Below, in pieces: positions 20,467 to 30,971 of a stretch of 64,000 nt of DNA. The notes beneath the pieces are model-generated. The model was not told the DNA's origin. It searched no databases and saw only the letters and a program-made list of their open reading frames with translations. The translations under genes were made by a program, and so were the position numbers. Numbering within the stretch: position 1 is the first letter of the stretch; each line of letters starts with the position of its first letter. The stretch is from positions 6,692-70,691 of the forward strand of contig JAWUYS010000002.1 in assembly GCA_034110685.1 (NCBI GenBank), read 5' to 3'. This DNA comes from Neptunomonas sp. (lineage in GTDB: Bacteria > Pseudomonadota > Gammaproteobacteria > Pseudomonadales > Balneatricaceae).

Positions 20467-21729
20467 TTAGTTTGATTTAAGTGCCATTAAGCGGGCAGTG
20501 GTTATTAAGTTATCCGTCATTTGTAGTGTTTCTATGCGGTAATTACCAATGTCTAAGCATACATTCGCATCAGGAATAGACTCTAGCGTTTCAATTATTA
20601 AACCATTTAACGTTTTAGGGCCGTCAGTGGGGAGCTCCCAAGAAAGCGCTTTGTTGATATCTCGAATAAATGCAGACGCTTCTATGAAGTAGCTACCATC
20701 GTCCTGCCTATGGATATCAGCATTTTCTTCTCGGTGGTCTGCTGATAGCTCACCTACTATCTCCTCTAAAATATCTTCAAGCGTAGCGATACCTAAAACG
20801 TCACCGTATTCATCAACTACTAATCCTATGCGCCGACTCTCTTTTTGAAAGTTAAGGAGTTGGGTTTGCAGCGGTGTGCTTTCAGGAATGAAGTAAGGTT
20901 CGTGAACGACCTGAAGAATAGATGCTTTGGTGACTTTTCCCTGTTGGATTAGCTGCGCCAGGTTACGCATGTGCAAAATGCCAACCACTTTATTGATGTC
21001 GCCGTTATAAACGGGTAATCGCGTGTGGTTAGTTGTGGATAAACGGTCGAGGATTGCGTTGAGCTCAAGATCGAGATCGATACCTTGAATATCATTTTTT
21101 GTAATCATGATGTCATCAACAGTGACATCATTTAACTCAAGCACTCCCAATAACATGGACTGCTTGCGATGTGGTAGCAAAGCCCCTGCTTCATGTACCA
21201 ATGTTCTGAGCTCTTCGGTACTGAGGTGATGATCACTATTGCCATCAGGGCTGATACCAAAAACTTTTAATATGCTATTGGTAATGCCGTTAACTATCCA
21301 TACGAGCGGATAAGTTAGAGTGAGTAATGGCGTTAAAATGTAAGCCGCTGGGAAAGCGATTTTTTCAGGGTAGAGAGCAGCAACAGTTTTGGGCGAGACC
21401 TCAGCAAAAATAAGAATGATAATGGTTAGGGCTGCCGTGGCAATGACAATGCCTGCATCTCCCCATAAGCGTACGGCAATAACCGTAGCAATGGCAGACG
21501 CAAGAATATTAACGAAGTTATTACCAATGAGAATAACGCCGATTAATCGATCGGGTCGCTCTAATAATTTATTGGCTTTTCGTGCGCCGCGATGGTTTTG
21601 TTTGACGAGATGTTTTAGTCGGTATCGATTGAGAGACATCATGCCTGTTTCTGAACTGGAAAAAAAAGCAGAGCAGAAAATCAGGAAGCAAAGAACTCCT
21701 AAAAGAAAACCTATTGATGCGTCTTCCAA
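20467..21729 (-). CDS. yfjD: HlyC/CorC (CNNM/DUF21-CBS-CorC) transporter, YfjD-like
   Basis: SAFFSSSETG, ILIGNNFVN, AEVSPKT, CBS pair (HTRLPVY, VVDEYG..TLEDILEEIVG); TTG start; next to ypjD-ffh. Confidence 0.92.
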   Translation of the reverse strand: MEDASIGFLLGVLCFLIFCSAFFSSSETGMMSLNRYRLKHLVKQNHRGARKANKLLERPDRLIGVILIGNNFVNILASAIATVIAVRLWGDAGIVIATAALTIIILIFAEVSPKTVAALYPEKIAFPAAYILTPLLTLTYPLVWIVNGITNSILKVFGISPDGNSDHHLSTEELRTLVHEAGALLPHRKQSMLLGVLELNDVTVDDIMITKNDIQGIDLDLELNAILDRLSTTNHTRLPVYNGDINKVVGILHMRNLAQLIQQGKVTKASILQVVHEPYFIPESTPLQTQLLNFQKESRRIGLVVDEYGDVLGIATLEDILEEIVGELSADHREENADIHRQDDGSYFIEASAFIRDINKALSWELPTDGPKTLNGLIIETLESIPDANVCLDIGNYRIETLQMTDNLITTARLMALKSN

Positions 21730-21804
21730 AACTATCGCCTAACGTTACTAATTGGAGGTACATTTTCAGTGCGCACTGAAGGCGTGTCAAGATGTTGCTG
21801 TCGT

Positions 21805-22593
21805 CTAAAAGTCAATAATGTCTAGAACGAGTTTTGATCCGAAGAAACTGAGCATCAGTAAGAAAAACCCGCTGACTGTCCATCTGACCGCACGGTGGCT
21901 GCGCCAGCCCCGCATCGAGCGTCCCCAAAGCAAAATTGCATAAAGAATCCAGGCAATTATAGATAGTATTGTTTTATGTACTAAATGTTGTGAAAACAAG
22001 TCGTCTAAGAAGATAAAGCCAGTAACAAGCGATGCTGTCAGCAGAATCATCCCGATCCAAATCATTTCAAAAAGCAAGCGCTCCATTGTTTGTAATGGAG
22101 GGAGAGAGGCAACTAGCCCACGCGTGTGGTGTTGTTTTAAGGCTAGATCTTGTTTGGATAATAGAAATGCTTGAAAAGTAGCGACAGTGAAAATGCTATA
22201 AGACAGGATTGATAGCAAAATATGGATGATTAGTCCGCCCTGATAAATCTTGGCGATACCTAAGTTAGGTCCCCATACTGATAGAGTCGCGGTTAATGCA
22301 GCCATAGGCAGAACGCCGATGAAAAGATTTTCAATGGGTTGTCGAAGGCTACTGATAATTACGACAGCGGCTACGAGCCAGCCAATTAATGAGCCCGCAA
22401 TAAAGAAGCCAAGATTTATTCCGTCGGGCTGATGAAGCACGGTATAAACAGAGAAAGTATGCACAATAGCGCCTGCACCTGCGATTGCTTTAATCATTGC
22501 AGGTGAACTAGTTTGTTGCTTGAGCCGCTTAAATTGTAAAATGGCTGCTATTAGATACAGAAATACCGCTATTAATGTAGACAGGGTGAGCAT
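21805..22593 (-). CDS. ypjD: YpjD/CcsA-family inner-membrane protein
   Basis: 8 TM helices, LPPLQTMERLLF, HKTILS and GWR; divergent from ffh. Confidence 0.9.
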   Translation of the reverse strand: MLTLSTLIAVFLYLIAAILQFKRLKQQTSSPAMIKAIAGAGAIVHTFSVYTVLHQPDGINLGFFIAGSLIGWLVAAVVIISSLRQPIENLFIGVLPMAALTATLSVWGPNLGIAKIYQGGLIIHILLSILSYSIFTVATFQAFLLSKQDLALKQHHTRGLVASLPPLQTMERLLFEMIWIGMILLTASLVTGFIFLDDLFSQHLVHKTILSIIAWILYAILLWGRSMRGWRSHRAVRWTVSGFFLLMLSFFGSKLVLDIIDF

Positions 22594-22781
22594 CTTTTTC
22601 TCCTAAAGATGAGTAGTTTGGCATAAATGTGCGGTGGTTGAAATATGGGGGTGTGGCCTTGAACGCCACTACGCTATAATGTCGCCAAAGTTTTAAGAAT
22701 TTCAGGGTTTAATCTTATTCAAAGTTTTACTTTGCGAATAAACATTCATCTAAATAAGGTTGGGTCCTTGTAGAGGCAACT

Positions 22782-24167
22782 ATGTTTGAGAATCTGTCAG
22801 AACGATTAACCAAGACGCTGCGCGCGGTGACCGGGCAGGCAAAGCTTACAGAAGATAATATCAAGGATACCTTGCGCGAAGTGCGTATGGCATTGCTTGA
22901 AGCTGATGTTGCATTGCCTGTTGTTAAAGAATTTGTAAATGCTGTTAAAGAACGTGCGGTTGGACAGGAGGTTTCTAAAAGCCTGACGCCTGGGCAGGTC
23001 TTTGTCAAAATTGTTAATGACGAGCTTGTGCGCGTAATGGGGGAAGCCAATGAAGGCTTGAACCTAGCTGCCGTGCCACCTGCAGTTGTATTGATGGCGG
23101 GCCTTCAAGGTGCAGGTAAAACGACTTCTGTTGCCAAGCTGTCTTTATTATTAAAAGATCGCGAGAAGAAAAAAGTATTGGTAGTGTCTGCTGACGTATA
23201 TCGTCCAGCAGCTATTAAGCAGCTTGAAATGCTCGCTGGTGAAGTGGGTGTTGATTTTTACCCATCTTCTGCTGATCAAGACCCGATCGCCATTGCTGAG
23301 GCAGCTGTTCAGCATGCCAAGATTCAGCACTATGATGTGCTACTTGTAGATACGGCAGGTCGTTTACATGTCGATAATGACATGATGGATGAAATTAAGC
23401 GTTTGCACAGCGCTATTAATCCGGTTGAAACCTTGTTCGTTGTTGATGCAATGACCGGTCAGGATGCAGCCAATACAGCACGTTCTTTTAATGAAGTGCT
23501 GCCTTTGACGGGTGTTATTCTCACAAAAGCTGAAGGTGATGCGCGTGGTGGTGCCGCATTGTCGGTGCGCCACATTACGGGTAAACCCATTAAGTTTATC
23601 GGTATGGGCGAAAAAGTTGATGCGTTAGAGCCATTTCATCCAGATCGTTTAGCATCACGTATTTTAGGTATGGGTGATGTGCTTTCTTTAATAGAGGAAG
23701 CTGAGCGTAAGATTGATAAAGATAAAGCTGAGAAGTTCGCAGCTAAGATCAAAAAAGGTAAAGGCTTTGATCTAGAAGATTTTCGTGAACAGCTACAGCA
23801 GATGAAAAATATGGGTGGCATGATGGGCATGCTGGATAAAATGCCTGGCATGGGGCAGTTAGCTCAAGCTGCAGATGCAACTAAAGCTGAGAAAGGCATG
23901 GGGCAGATGGAAGTTATCATCAACTCTATGACTCGCGGCGAGCGTCGTAATCCCGATATTATCAGCGGCTCTCGAAAAAAGCGGATAGCGATGGGATCCG
24001 GCACGCAGATCCAAGATGTTAACCGCTTGCTTAAGCAGCATAAGCAAATGTCGAAGATGATGAAGAAGTTCTCTGGCAAAGGCGGTATGACAAAAATGAT
24101 GCGCGGCATGAAAGGAATGTTGCCACCTGGAATGGGCGGTGGCCCCGGTGGTATGCCTCGGATGTAA
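22782..24167 (+). CDS. ffh: Signal recognition particle protein Ffh
   Basis: MFENLSERL, GLQGAGKTT, DTAGR, GDARGGAALS and a Met-rich M domain. Confidence 0.99.
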   Translation: MFENLSERLTKTLRAVTGQAKLTEDNIKDTLREVRMALLEADVALPVVKEFVNAVKERAVGQEVSKSLTPGQVFVKIVNDELVRVMGEANEGLNLAAVPPAVVLMAGLQGAGKTTSVAKLSLLLKDREKKKVLVVSADVYRPAAIKQLEMLAGEVGVDFYPSSADQDPIAIAEAAVQHAKIQHYDVLLVDTAGRLHVDNDMMDEIKRLHSAINPVETLFVVDAMTGQDAANTARSFNEVLPLTGVILTKAEGDARGGAALSVRHITGKPIKFIGMGEKVDALEPFHPDRLASRILGMGDVLSLIEEAERKIDKDKAEKFAAKIKKGKGFDLEDFREQLQQMKNMGGMMGMLDKMPGMGQLAQAADATKAEKGMGQMEVIINSMTRGERRNPDIISGSRKKRIAMGSGTQIQDVNRLLKQHKQMSKMMKKFSGKGGMTKMMRGMKGMLPPGMGGGPGGMPRM

Positions 24168-24195
24168 TGCCGAGTAAAGAATAAACGGATTTGCT

Positions 24196-24230
24196 TTCCA
24201 ATAGGGGTGCTTTCACGTAGAATGCGCCCC
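24196..24230 (+). promoter_or_regulatory. Probable sigma-70 promoter of the rpsP operon with GC-rich discriminator
   Basis: TTCCAA (24196-24201), 16 nt, TAGAAT (24218-24223), then GCGCCCC, typical of stringently controlled promoters. Confidence 0.55.
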
Positions 24231-24321
24231 TTGATTTATTTTGGCTCGGCTGAAAATTTATTCAGTCGGAACTGCAACGCTGGGCGATATCAAAACCCAC
24301 GCAATATAAAGGGATTAACGT

Positions 24322-24573
24322 ATGGTTACTATTCGTTTGTCACGTGGCGGCGCTAAAAAGCGTCCTTTCTATCAACTAACTGTAGCTGATTCACGCAATG
24401 CGCGCGATGGTCGCTTTATTGAGCGTATCGGTTTCTTTAACCCATCAGCTCGCGGTCAAGAAGAGCGTCTTCGCTTGGATATGGAACGTGTTGAATACTG
24501 GACTGGTAAAGGCGCACAGTTATCTGAGCGTGTTGCACAGCTAGTAAAAGAAGCTAAAAAAGCTGCACAGTAA
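24322..24573 (+). CDS. rpsP: 30S ribosomal protein S16
   Basis: [25 protein letters not shown]. Confidence 0.99.
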   Translation: MVTIRLSRGGAKKRPFYQLTVADSRNARDGRFIERIGFFNPSARGQEERLRLDMERVEYWTGKGAQLSERVAQLVKEAKKAAQ

Positions 24574-24599
24574 TTTTTATATAGTAGCTGGATAGGTCG

Positions 24600-25133
24600 A
24601 TGAGCCGAAATACGAATAATGAATTTACTGTAATCGGCCAGATAACCTCGGTTTATGGTGTGAAAGGGTGGGTGAAAATCTTCTCTCATACCGAACCGAT
24701 GGATAGCATTCTGACTTATTCACCGTGGATGATCAAAGAAAATGGTCAGTGGAAGCCTCTTAAAGTAGAGACGGCCAAGCAGCACGGTAAAGGCTTTATA
24801 GCCAAGCTGGACGGTATTACTGATCGTGATGTTGCCCGCAAATTTTGCGGTATGGATATTGCGATTGAATCTTCTCTTCTTCCTGATTTAGAAGAGGGTG
24901 AGTTCTACTGGAGTCAGCTGGAAAATCTGACAGTTTATACACTTTCCGGTGAATTGCTGGGACGTGTGAGTCATCTGATGGAAACCGGTGCTAACGATGT
25001 CATCATCGTTAAAGGTGATGCAGAGAGTATTGATCGCCGTGAGCGATTAATTCCTTATCTGCCCGATCAGGTGATAAAAGAAATTGACCTGGAATCAGGT
25101 ACGATGCGGATCGATTGGGATCCGGAGTTCTAA
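24600..25133 (+). CDS. rimM: Ribosome maturation factor RimM
   Basis: GVKGWVK, EGEFYW, METGANDV and DWDPEF; operon position. Confidence 0.98.
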   Translation: MSRNTNNEFTVIGQITSVYGVKGWVKIFSHTEPMDSILTYSPWMIKENGQWKPLKVETAKQHGKGFIAKLDGITDRDVARKFCGMDIAIESSLLPDLEEGEFYWSQLENLTVYTLSGELLGRVSHLMETGANDVIIVKGDAESIDRRERLIPYLPDQVIKEIDLESGTMRIDWDPEF

Positions 25134-25136
25134 ACC

Positions 25137-25886
25137 ATGTGGTTTGGCGTTATTACGCTATTTCCTGAAATGTTCGATGCTGTAAGTCAGTATGGCGTGA
25201 CAGGAAGAGCAGTTCGTAATGAGTTGGTGTCTATTGAGTGTTGGAGTCCTAGAGACTTTGCGCACGATAAGCATAGCACTGTGGATGATCGGCCTTATGG
25301 CGGTGGTCCAGGGATGCTGATGAAAGTTCAGCCGTTACGTGATGCGATCCATGCTGCGAAGGCAGTCGCAGGAGAGGGGGTTAAAGTTATCTACCTCTCA
25401 CCTCAGGGTCGTAAGCTAGATCATAAAGGTGTGCAGGAGCTTGTTTCCTGTGAGAAGTTGATTTTAGTAGCTGGGCGCTATGAAGGTATAGATGAGCGAT
25501 TAATTGGCTCAGAGATTGATGAAGAGTGGTCGCTGGGAGATTTTGTTCTCAGTGGAGGTGAATTACCTGCAATGACCATGATTGATGCAGTCTCCCGATT
25601 AGTTCCCGGAGTGTTAGGACATCAAGGCTCGGCTGAAGAAGATTCTTTTGTTGAGGGATTGTTAGATTGTCCTCACTACACGCGACCAGAATCAATTGAA
25701 GGACAGCATGTACCTGATGTGTTGTTAAGTGGCAACCATGAGAATATCAGGCGCTGGCGTCTGAAACAGCAATTAGGCAGAACTTGGCAACGCCGGTCTG
25801 ACCTGCTGGGAAAACTCGAGTTGACTGCTGAGCAGCAGGCGTTGTTAACCGATTATATCCATGAGACCAATGCGTCTGATGGTTGA
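25137..25886 (+). CDS. trmD: tRNA (guanine37-N1)-methyltransferase
   Basis: [32 protein letters not shown] and PHYTRP. Confidence 0.99.
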   Translation: MWFGVITLFPEMFDAVSQYGVTGRAVRNELVSIECWSPRDFAHDKHSTVDDRPYGGGPGMLMKVQPLRDAIHAAKAVAGEGVKVIYLSPQGRKLDHKGVQELVSCEKLILVAGRYEGIDERLIGSEIDEEWSLGDFVLSGGELPAMTMIDAVSRLVPGVLGHQGSAEEDSFVEGLLDCPHYTRPESIEGQHVPDVLLSGNHENIRRWRLKQQLGRTWQRRSDLLGKLELTAEQQALLTDYIHETNASDG

Positions 25887-25902
25887 ATATTAGGAGCGAG
25901 CG

Positions 25903-26259
25903 ATGAGCAGCAAAAACTTAATCATTCAGCAGATTGAAGCTGAACAGATGACAAAAGAAATACCAACTTTCTCACCTGGTGACACAGTAGTTGTACAGGT
26001 TCGAGTAGTTGAAGGTACACGTAGCCGTTTGCAGGCATTTGAAGGTGTAGTTATCGGTAAGCGTAACCGCGGTCTGAACTCTGCATTCACAGTACGTAAA
26101 ATTTCTCACGGTGTGGGTGTTGAGCGTACTTTCCAGACTTACAGTGCTGTTGTTGAAGAGATCACTCTGAAACGTCGTGGTGATGTTCGTCAGGCTAAAA
26201 TCTACTACTTGCGTGAACGTAGTGGTAAATCTGCACGTATCAAAGAAAAACTCGGCTGA
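25903..26259 (+). CDS. rplS: 50S ribosomal protein L19
   Basis: [25 protein letters not shown] and [14 protein letters not shown]. Confidence 0.99.
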   Translation: MSSKNLIIQQIEAEQMTKEIPTFSPGDTVVVQVRVVEGTRSRLQAFEGVVIGKRNRGLNSAFTVRKISHGVGVERTFQTYSAVVEEITLKRRGDVRQAKIYYLRERSGKSARIKEKLG

Positions 26260-26283
26260 GTTAAATCTGATTCGCTGCTATAG

Positions 26284-26314
26284 AAAAAAGGTGACCTTAT
26301 GGTCACCTTTTTTT
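26284..26314 (+). terminator. Intrinsic terminator after rplS
   Basis: AAAAAAGGTGACC-TTAT-GGTCACCTTTTTTT. Confidence 0.92.
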
Positions 26315-26396
26315 GTTTAGAAGTTAGTAAATTGCAGTAAAGATCACTAGAATTATAAAAATACAATTTTTTTGTAGGGTATGGATGAGGTTGTAG

Positions 26397-27755
26397 ATGC
26401 GGCGTTGGCTGAAGTGGTTATTAATACCGTTAGTTCTCATGCTATTACTAGTAGGGGTGCAGGGGTATTATTGGTACCAGGTGAAGTCTGATATTGATAG
26501 TTTAGTTGCATCAATCAGGCCTTTCGCTAAGGTAGAGTATGGCGATATTTCGGCTGCCTTTCTTGGTGAAATTGCCCTTGAAAACATTACGATTCAGCCA
26601 AATGCTTATAAAGAAAAGATTTCAATTCAACGTCTATCGTTAACATCATCTTCGCGTGCTTTCTTTCTGACAGCACACGAGCAGTTGCGCACGGGTGTAC
26701 TGAGTGACCCTGTCTCTTTAGCGTTGACCGGTGTTAACTACGATCTTAATGCTGATTATGCCAAACGTTTAGCTCTTTCCTCATCGGACTCAAAAAATAG
26801 CTCCTTGGATACCCTTGTTTGTGGTGATGCGCGCTCTATTGATCGGGCTGCGTTGCAGGCTATGGGTTATCGTTATCTTCGGGGTGATATTGGTTTGTTG
26901 TTGGAGTCTTCCGCCAATAAAAAACTTATGAAGGTGCGTTTGGAGTCTGATTTTGCGCAGTTAATAAAGGCTGAGATGAACCTTTGGTTGGCTTTACGCC
27001 AAGGAGGAACGCTTAGGCGAGATGATTTAGCGAAAACAGCGATTCAGATGTTTGGTATGACGATTAGCGACCTGGGGTATAACCAGCGTTGGAAGGCTTT
27101 TTGTGCTCAGCAAGAAGGCGGAGCCTTAGAAGGTTATTTGGAGCGTTATCGGACCGCGCTGAGTCAAAATTTGGGTAGTGGCGATGTGCAGTACGAAGGT
27201 GATCGTTTGCTTGGCGCTTTAGTAAGTGCACGAAGTAATCGCTCTATTGTGTCGGTGCGTCTTGAGCCGGCCGTTCCACTTGCTTTGGGGCAGTTGGCGA
27301 GTCCCGGCGGGGCTGACTCTTTGTTCTCTAGTGCTGAGCTTGCGTTACAAGTGAATGGTAAAGTGCTTGAGCTAATGGACTCTGAATGGCAAATAATGCG
27401 GGAGCTATTTGGCGGGAATGTGCGCCGAGCTGCTTTGGCAGTCATGGAGAATAAAAAGGCTATCGTGATACAGGAAAAAGCGCCAGTCGTTTCTCCCATG
27501 AGAGAGATTATTCCTGGTGTTATGCCGATACGTCCTCCCGAAGTTAAAAAGTCATTTGTAATAACTCCGGTTGATGAGCTGGCAGGCTATGTTGGTAGTG
27601 CTGTTAAGCTTAGAACCTTTTTTGGTCGTGAGATGCAGGGTGCTTTAGTCGATGTAAATGCAAACGCTATTAGTATTCGTCATCAAGTTGAGCAGGGGCG
27701 TGCTACCTTTCCTGTTTCAAAAGACAAAATCGCTTTTATTGAAGTGTATCGTTAA
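26397..27755 (+). CDS. Hypothetical N-anchored periplasmic protein
   Basis: 452-aa ORF with GAGG RBS; N-terminal TM (LLIPLVLMLLLVGV); Pro-rich linker and a small C-terminal beta domain; ends 2 nt before xerD. Confidence 0.8.
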   Translation: MRRWLKWLLIPLVLMLLLVGVQGYYWYQVKSDIDSLVASIRPFAKVEYGDISAAFLGEIALENITIQPNAYKEKISIQRLSLTSSSRAFFLTAHEQLRTGVLSDPVSLALTGVNYDLNADYAKRLALSSSDSKNSSLDTLVCGDARSIDRAALQAMGYRYLRGDIGLLLESSANKKLMKVRLESDFAQLIKAEMNLWLALRQGGTLRRDDLAKTAIQMFGMTISDLGYNQRWKAFCAQQEGGALEGYLERYRTALSQNLGSGDVQYEGDRLLGALVSARSNRSIVSVRLEPAVPLALGQLASPGGADSLFSSAELALQVNGKVLELMDSEWQIMRELFGGNVRRAALAVMENKKAIVIQEKAPVVSPMREIIPGVMPIRPPEVKKSFVITPVDELAGYVGSAVKLRTFFGREMQGALVDVNANAISIRHQVEQGRATFPVSKDKIAFIEVYR

Positions 27756-27757
27756 CC

Positions 27758-28702
27758 GTGTCGATAGACACCGTCACGGGAGATAGGCGCTTCACACGCC
27801 GGATTCCGCATGCTGATGACGTAAAGCTTATTAGGCAATTTATTGATGCAATGTGGTTGGAAGAGGGCTTAAGTAAAAATACACAGTCCTCATATCAGCG
27901 TGATCTTTCTATTTTTGCATGTTGGTTAAACGATCTTGAAGAGCGGTTGGTCGGTTCCGATGCGTTAACCGTGCGAAAGTATCTATTGTGGCGAGTTGAG
28001 CAACAGCTCTCGCCAGCGTCCACTTCTCGTTTTCTTTCATCGGCACGTCGTTTTTTTAGATACCTCTTGCGTGAAACGTTTATAGCAGAAGATCCTATGC
28101 TGCTCATCGCTTTACCTAAGAGAGGGCGGGCACTGCCTAAAACACTTACAGAGGAAGATGTTGAGAGCATTCTTAACTCTCCAGATGTTAATAGTGTGCT
28201 TGGTTTAAGAGATCGGGCGATGCTGGAAACCTTGTATGCATCGGGATTAAGAGTTTCTGAATTGATTTCGTTAGAATTGGGGCAGGTTAATCTGGAGCTA
28301 GGTGTAATAAGAGTTGTTGGTAAGGGAGCTAAAGAGCGGCTGGTGCCTCTTGGTGATGAGGCAGTTCGTTGGATAAAAGAATTTTTACGCTGTGCTCGTG
28401 ATGAGTTACTGCACGATGCTGCAGATGAAATGCTTTTTCCGAGTTTGCGTGGCCGGATTATGACGCGTCAAACATTTTGGTATCGGATTAAGCGCTATGC
28501 GCAAGAATCTGGTGTTGCAAAAGCTATTTCTCCTCATGTACTTAGACATGCGTTTGCTACACATTTGCTCAACCATGGTGCGGACCTTCGAGTTGTGCAG
28601 ATGATGCTTGGGCATAGTGATCTATCTTCTACGCAAATATATACCCACGTGGCTCAGCAGCGTTTACAATCGCTACACCAGCAGCATCACCCTAGAGGCT
28701 GA
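27758..28702 (+). CDS. xerD: Site-specific tyrosine recombinase XerD
   Basis: RDRAMLETLYASGLRVSEL, GKGAKERLVP, SPHVLRHAFATHLL, LGHSDLSSTQIYTHV and HHPRG; upstream of dsbC. Confidence 0.96.
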   Translation: MSIDTVTGDRRFTRRIPHADDVKLIRQFIDAMWLEEGLSKNTQSSYQRDLSIFACWLNDLEERLVGSDALTVRKYLLWRVEQQLSPASTSRFLSSARRFFRYLLRETFIAEDPMLLIALPKRGRALPKTLTEEDVESILNSPDVNSVLGLRDRAMLETLYASGLRVSELISLELGQVNLELGVIRVVGKGAKERLVPLGDEAVRWIKEFLRCARDELLHDAADEMLFPSLRGRIMTRQTFWYRIKRYAQESGVAKAISPHVLRHAFATHLLNHGADLRVVQMMLGHSDLSSTQIYTHVAQQRLQSLHQQHHPRG

Positions 28703-28762
28703 TTGAACTTTAAGCGCTTGATTTAATCAGATTATTATAATTACCCGGATATTGAGGAACGT

Positions 28763-29491
28763 ATGCGAATTAAAACGTTAATGGCAGGTGCGCTGTTACT
28801 AGCTAGTACGATGGTTGTGGCTGAAGATGCCAAAGATGTCATCATTAAACAACTTCAAAAAATTGACCAGCGTATTCCTGTGGTTTCTGTTAAAGAAGCT
28901 CAATTGGCCGGCATGTATGAGATTGAGTTAGGGACTGGAGAAGTTATTTTTTCAGATGCTAAAGGTGAGTACTTTCTGTTAGGGCAGTTGTATCAGCTGT
29001 CCGATGAGAAAGGTTTCGTGAATTTGTCAGAAGCGAAAATGAATACTCAGCGTGCGGCTCAATTGCAAGCCATTCCCAGTGCTGAAAAAGTAGTATTTAA
29101 AGCGGAAGATGCTGAAAAAGCATCGGTTTATGTTTTTACTGATGTTGATTGTCCGTATTGCCGTAAATTGCACAATGAAGTACCTAAGCTTCAAGCAATG
29201 GGCGTGAGTGTTGAGTATTTGGCCTTTCCTCGACAGGGTCCTAATACTGCCACTTTCAAAAAAATGACTAATATTTGGTGTGCTGAAGATAAAGTTAAAG
29301 CAATGACTCGATCTAAGCAGGGTAAATCGCTTAAAAACGTTGAGTGTGAAAATCCTGTATTGGCTCAGTATGAGATTGGGCAAAAGGTGGGCGTTACCGG
29401 TACACCAGCTATAATCACTAAGGATGGTCAGTTGATTCCGGGGTATATGCCAGCTGAACGTTTGGCTGCGATGTTAGGAATTAAACCCTAA
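28763..29491 (+). CDS. dsbC: Disulfide isomerase DsbC
   Basis: Signal peptide, VFTDVDCPYCRKLH and GVTGTPA; xerD-dsbC synteny. Confidence 0.95.
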   Translation: MRIKTLMAGALLLASTMVVAEDAKDVIIKQLQKIDQRIPVVSVKEAQLAGMYEIELGTGEVIFSDAKGEYFLLGQLYQLSDEKGFVNLSEAKMNTQRAAQLQAIPSAEKVVFKAEDAEKASVYVFTDVDCPYCRKLHNEVPKLQAMGVSVEYLAFPRQGPNTATFKKMTNIWCAEDKVKAMTRSKQGKSLKNVECENPVLAQYEIGQKVGVTGTPAIITKDGQLIPGYMPAERLAAMLGIKP

Positions 29492-29505
29492 TACCTTATT
29501 TAAGT

Positions 29506-29533
29506 AAAAAAGGAGCCTCGAGCTCCTTTTTTT
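29506..29533 (+). terminator. Intrinsic terminator after dsbC
   Basis: AAAAAAGGAGC-CTCGA-GCTCCTTTTTTT. Confidence 0.9.
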
Positions 29534-29658
29534 ATTGTTGTTTATCCTGTGTCGAATAGAGTCTGGAAGAGTTATTCGCTATACTATTTTCCCATTTTCG
29601 TTCGTTAATTCAGCTTGCGCTTGGCTTGCGATTGACTAGTAAACTGCGAGGTATTGGT

Positions 29659-30960
29659 TTGAAACCGGTAAAAGTTGGAATATGTGGTCTAGGTACTGTT
29701 GGTAGCGGTACGTTTAATGTCCTGCATCGCAATGCAGATGAAATTTCTCGTAGAGCTGGACGTCGTATTACGGTTGAACAGATTGGTTCGCGTCGAGATA
29801 ACCCAGGGTGTGATACAAAAGGCACTCAGGTTACTCGTGATATTTTTGATGTGGCGACTAATCCGGAAATTGATATCGTAGTTGAATTGATCGGTGGTTA
29901 TGACATCGCACGTGAGCTCGTGATGACAGCAATCGAGAACGGCAAGCATGTTGTTACTGCAAATAAAGCATTGATCGCTGTACACGGAAACGAAATTTTC
30001 GAAGCGGCGCAGCGTCATAATGTCATGGTAGCATTTGAAGCTTCTGTTGCTGGCGGTATTCCTGTTATTAAAGCGATTCGTGAAGGCTTATCAGCCAATA
30101 ATATCGAATGGCTAGCAGGCATCATCAATGGAACCGGCAACTTTATCCTCACTGAAATGCGTGATAAAGGTCGTGATTTTGCTGATGTTTTAGCAGAGGC
30201 TCAAGCACTAGGTTATGCCGAAGCTGATCCAACATTTGATGTTGAAGGGATTGATGCAGCGCATAAGCTGACAATTCTTGCTTCTATCGCTTTTGGTATT
30301 CCACTGCAGTTTGATAAGGCGTATACCGAAGGTATTAGTGCGATTACACCAGCTGATGTTGAATATGCAGAAGAGCTTGGTTATCGCATTAAACATTTAG
30401 GTATCAGTCGTCGTACTGAGCATGGGATTGAGTTGCGTGTTCATCCTACAATGATTCCTACATCTACATTACTCGCTAATGTAAATGGTGTGATGAATGC
30501 TGTGTTGGTTGATGGTGATGCTGTCGGTCAGACGTTGTATTACGGCGCTGGTGCGGGTGCTGAACCAACGGCCTCTGCTGTTGTTGCAGATATTGTTGAT
30601 GTGGTACGTACACTGACTGCTGACCGTGATAATCGTGTGCCTCACCTAGCATTTCAACCGTCTGAATTGTCAGATATGCCAATTTTGCCGATGAGTGATA
30701 CTGAAACTGGATTCTACCTGCGCCTTCAAGCTGCTGAGAAGCCAGGCGTCTTGGCGAGTATTACTAAAATTCTAGGTGATAACGGCATTAACATTGAAGC
30801 AATTGTGCAGAAAGAAACAGCCGAAGAGCAAGTGCCGGTTATTCTGTTAACGCAGCGTGTTAAAGAACAAAAGATGAATGAAGCGATTACAGCGATTGAA
30901 GCGCTGGATGACATTATTGGCCAAGTAACGCGGATACGTGTTGAGCATCTTCAAGGTTAA
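29659..30960 (+). CDS. hom: Homoserine dehydrogenase with C-terminal ACT domain
   Basis: GLGTVG, TANKA, EASVAGGIP and GYAEADPTFDVEG; start placed at TTG 29659 (MKPVKVG) after the GAGG RBS. Confidence 0.97.
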   Translation: MKPVKVGICGLGTVGSGTFNVLHRNADEISRRAGRRITVEQIGSRRDNPGCDTKGTQVTRDIFDVATNPEIDIVVELIGGYDIARELVMTAIENGKHVVTANKALIAVHGNEIFEAAQRHNVMVAFEASVAGGIPVIKAIREGLSANNIEWLAGIINGTGNFILTEMRDKGRDFADVLAEAQALGYAEADPTFDVEGIDAAHKLTILASIAFGIPLQFDKAYTEGISAITPADVEYAEELGYRIKHLGISRRTEHGIELRVHPTMIPTSTLLANVNGVMNAVLVDGDAVGQTLYYGAGAGAEPTASAVVADIVDVVRTLTADRDNRVPHLAFQPSELSDMPILPMSDTETGFYLRLQAAEKPGVLASITKILGDNGINIEAIVQKETAEEQVPVILLTQRVKEQKMNEAITAIEALDDIIGQVTRIRVEHLQG

Positions 30961-30971
30961 GGGGACTAAAC

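Noticed and set aside
27758-28702. Tyrosine recombinase as a possible phage or island integrase
   Set aside because: Sequence and xerD-dsbC context identify housekeeping XerD; no att sites, tRNA or phage genes nearby.
29534-29658. Thr/Ile leader-peptide attenuator before hom-thrC
   Set aside because: No Thr/Ile-rich short ORF and no terminator directly before hom; the upstream hairpin belongs to dsbC.
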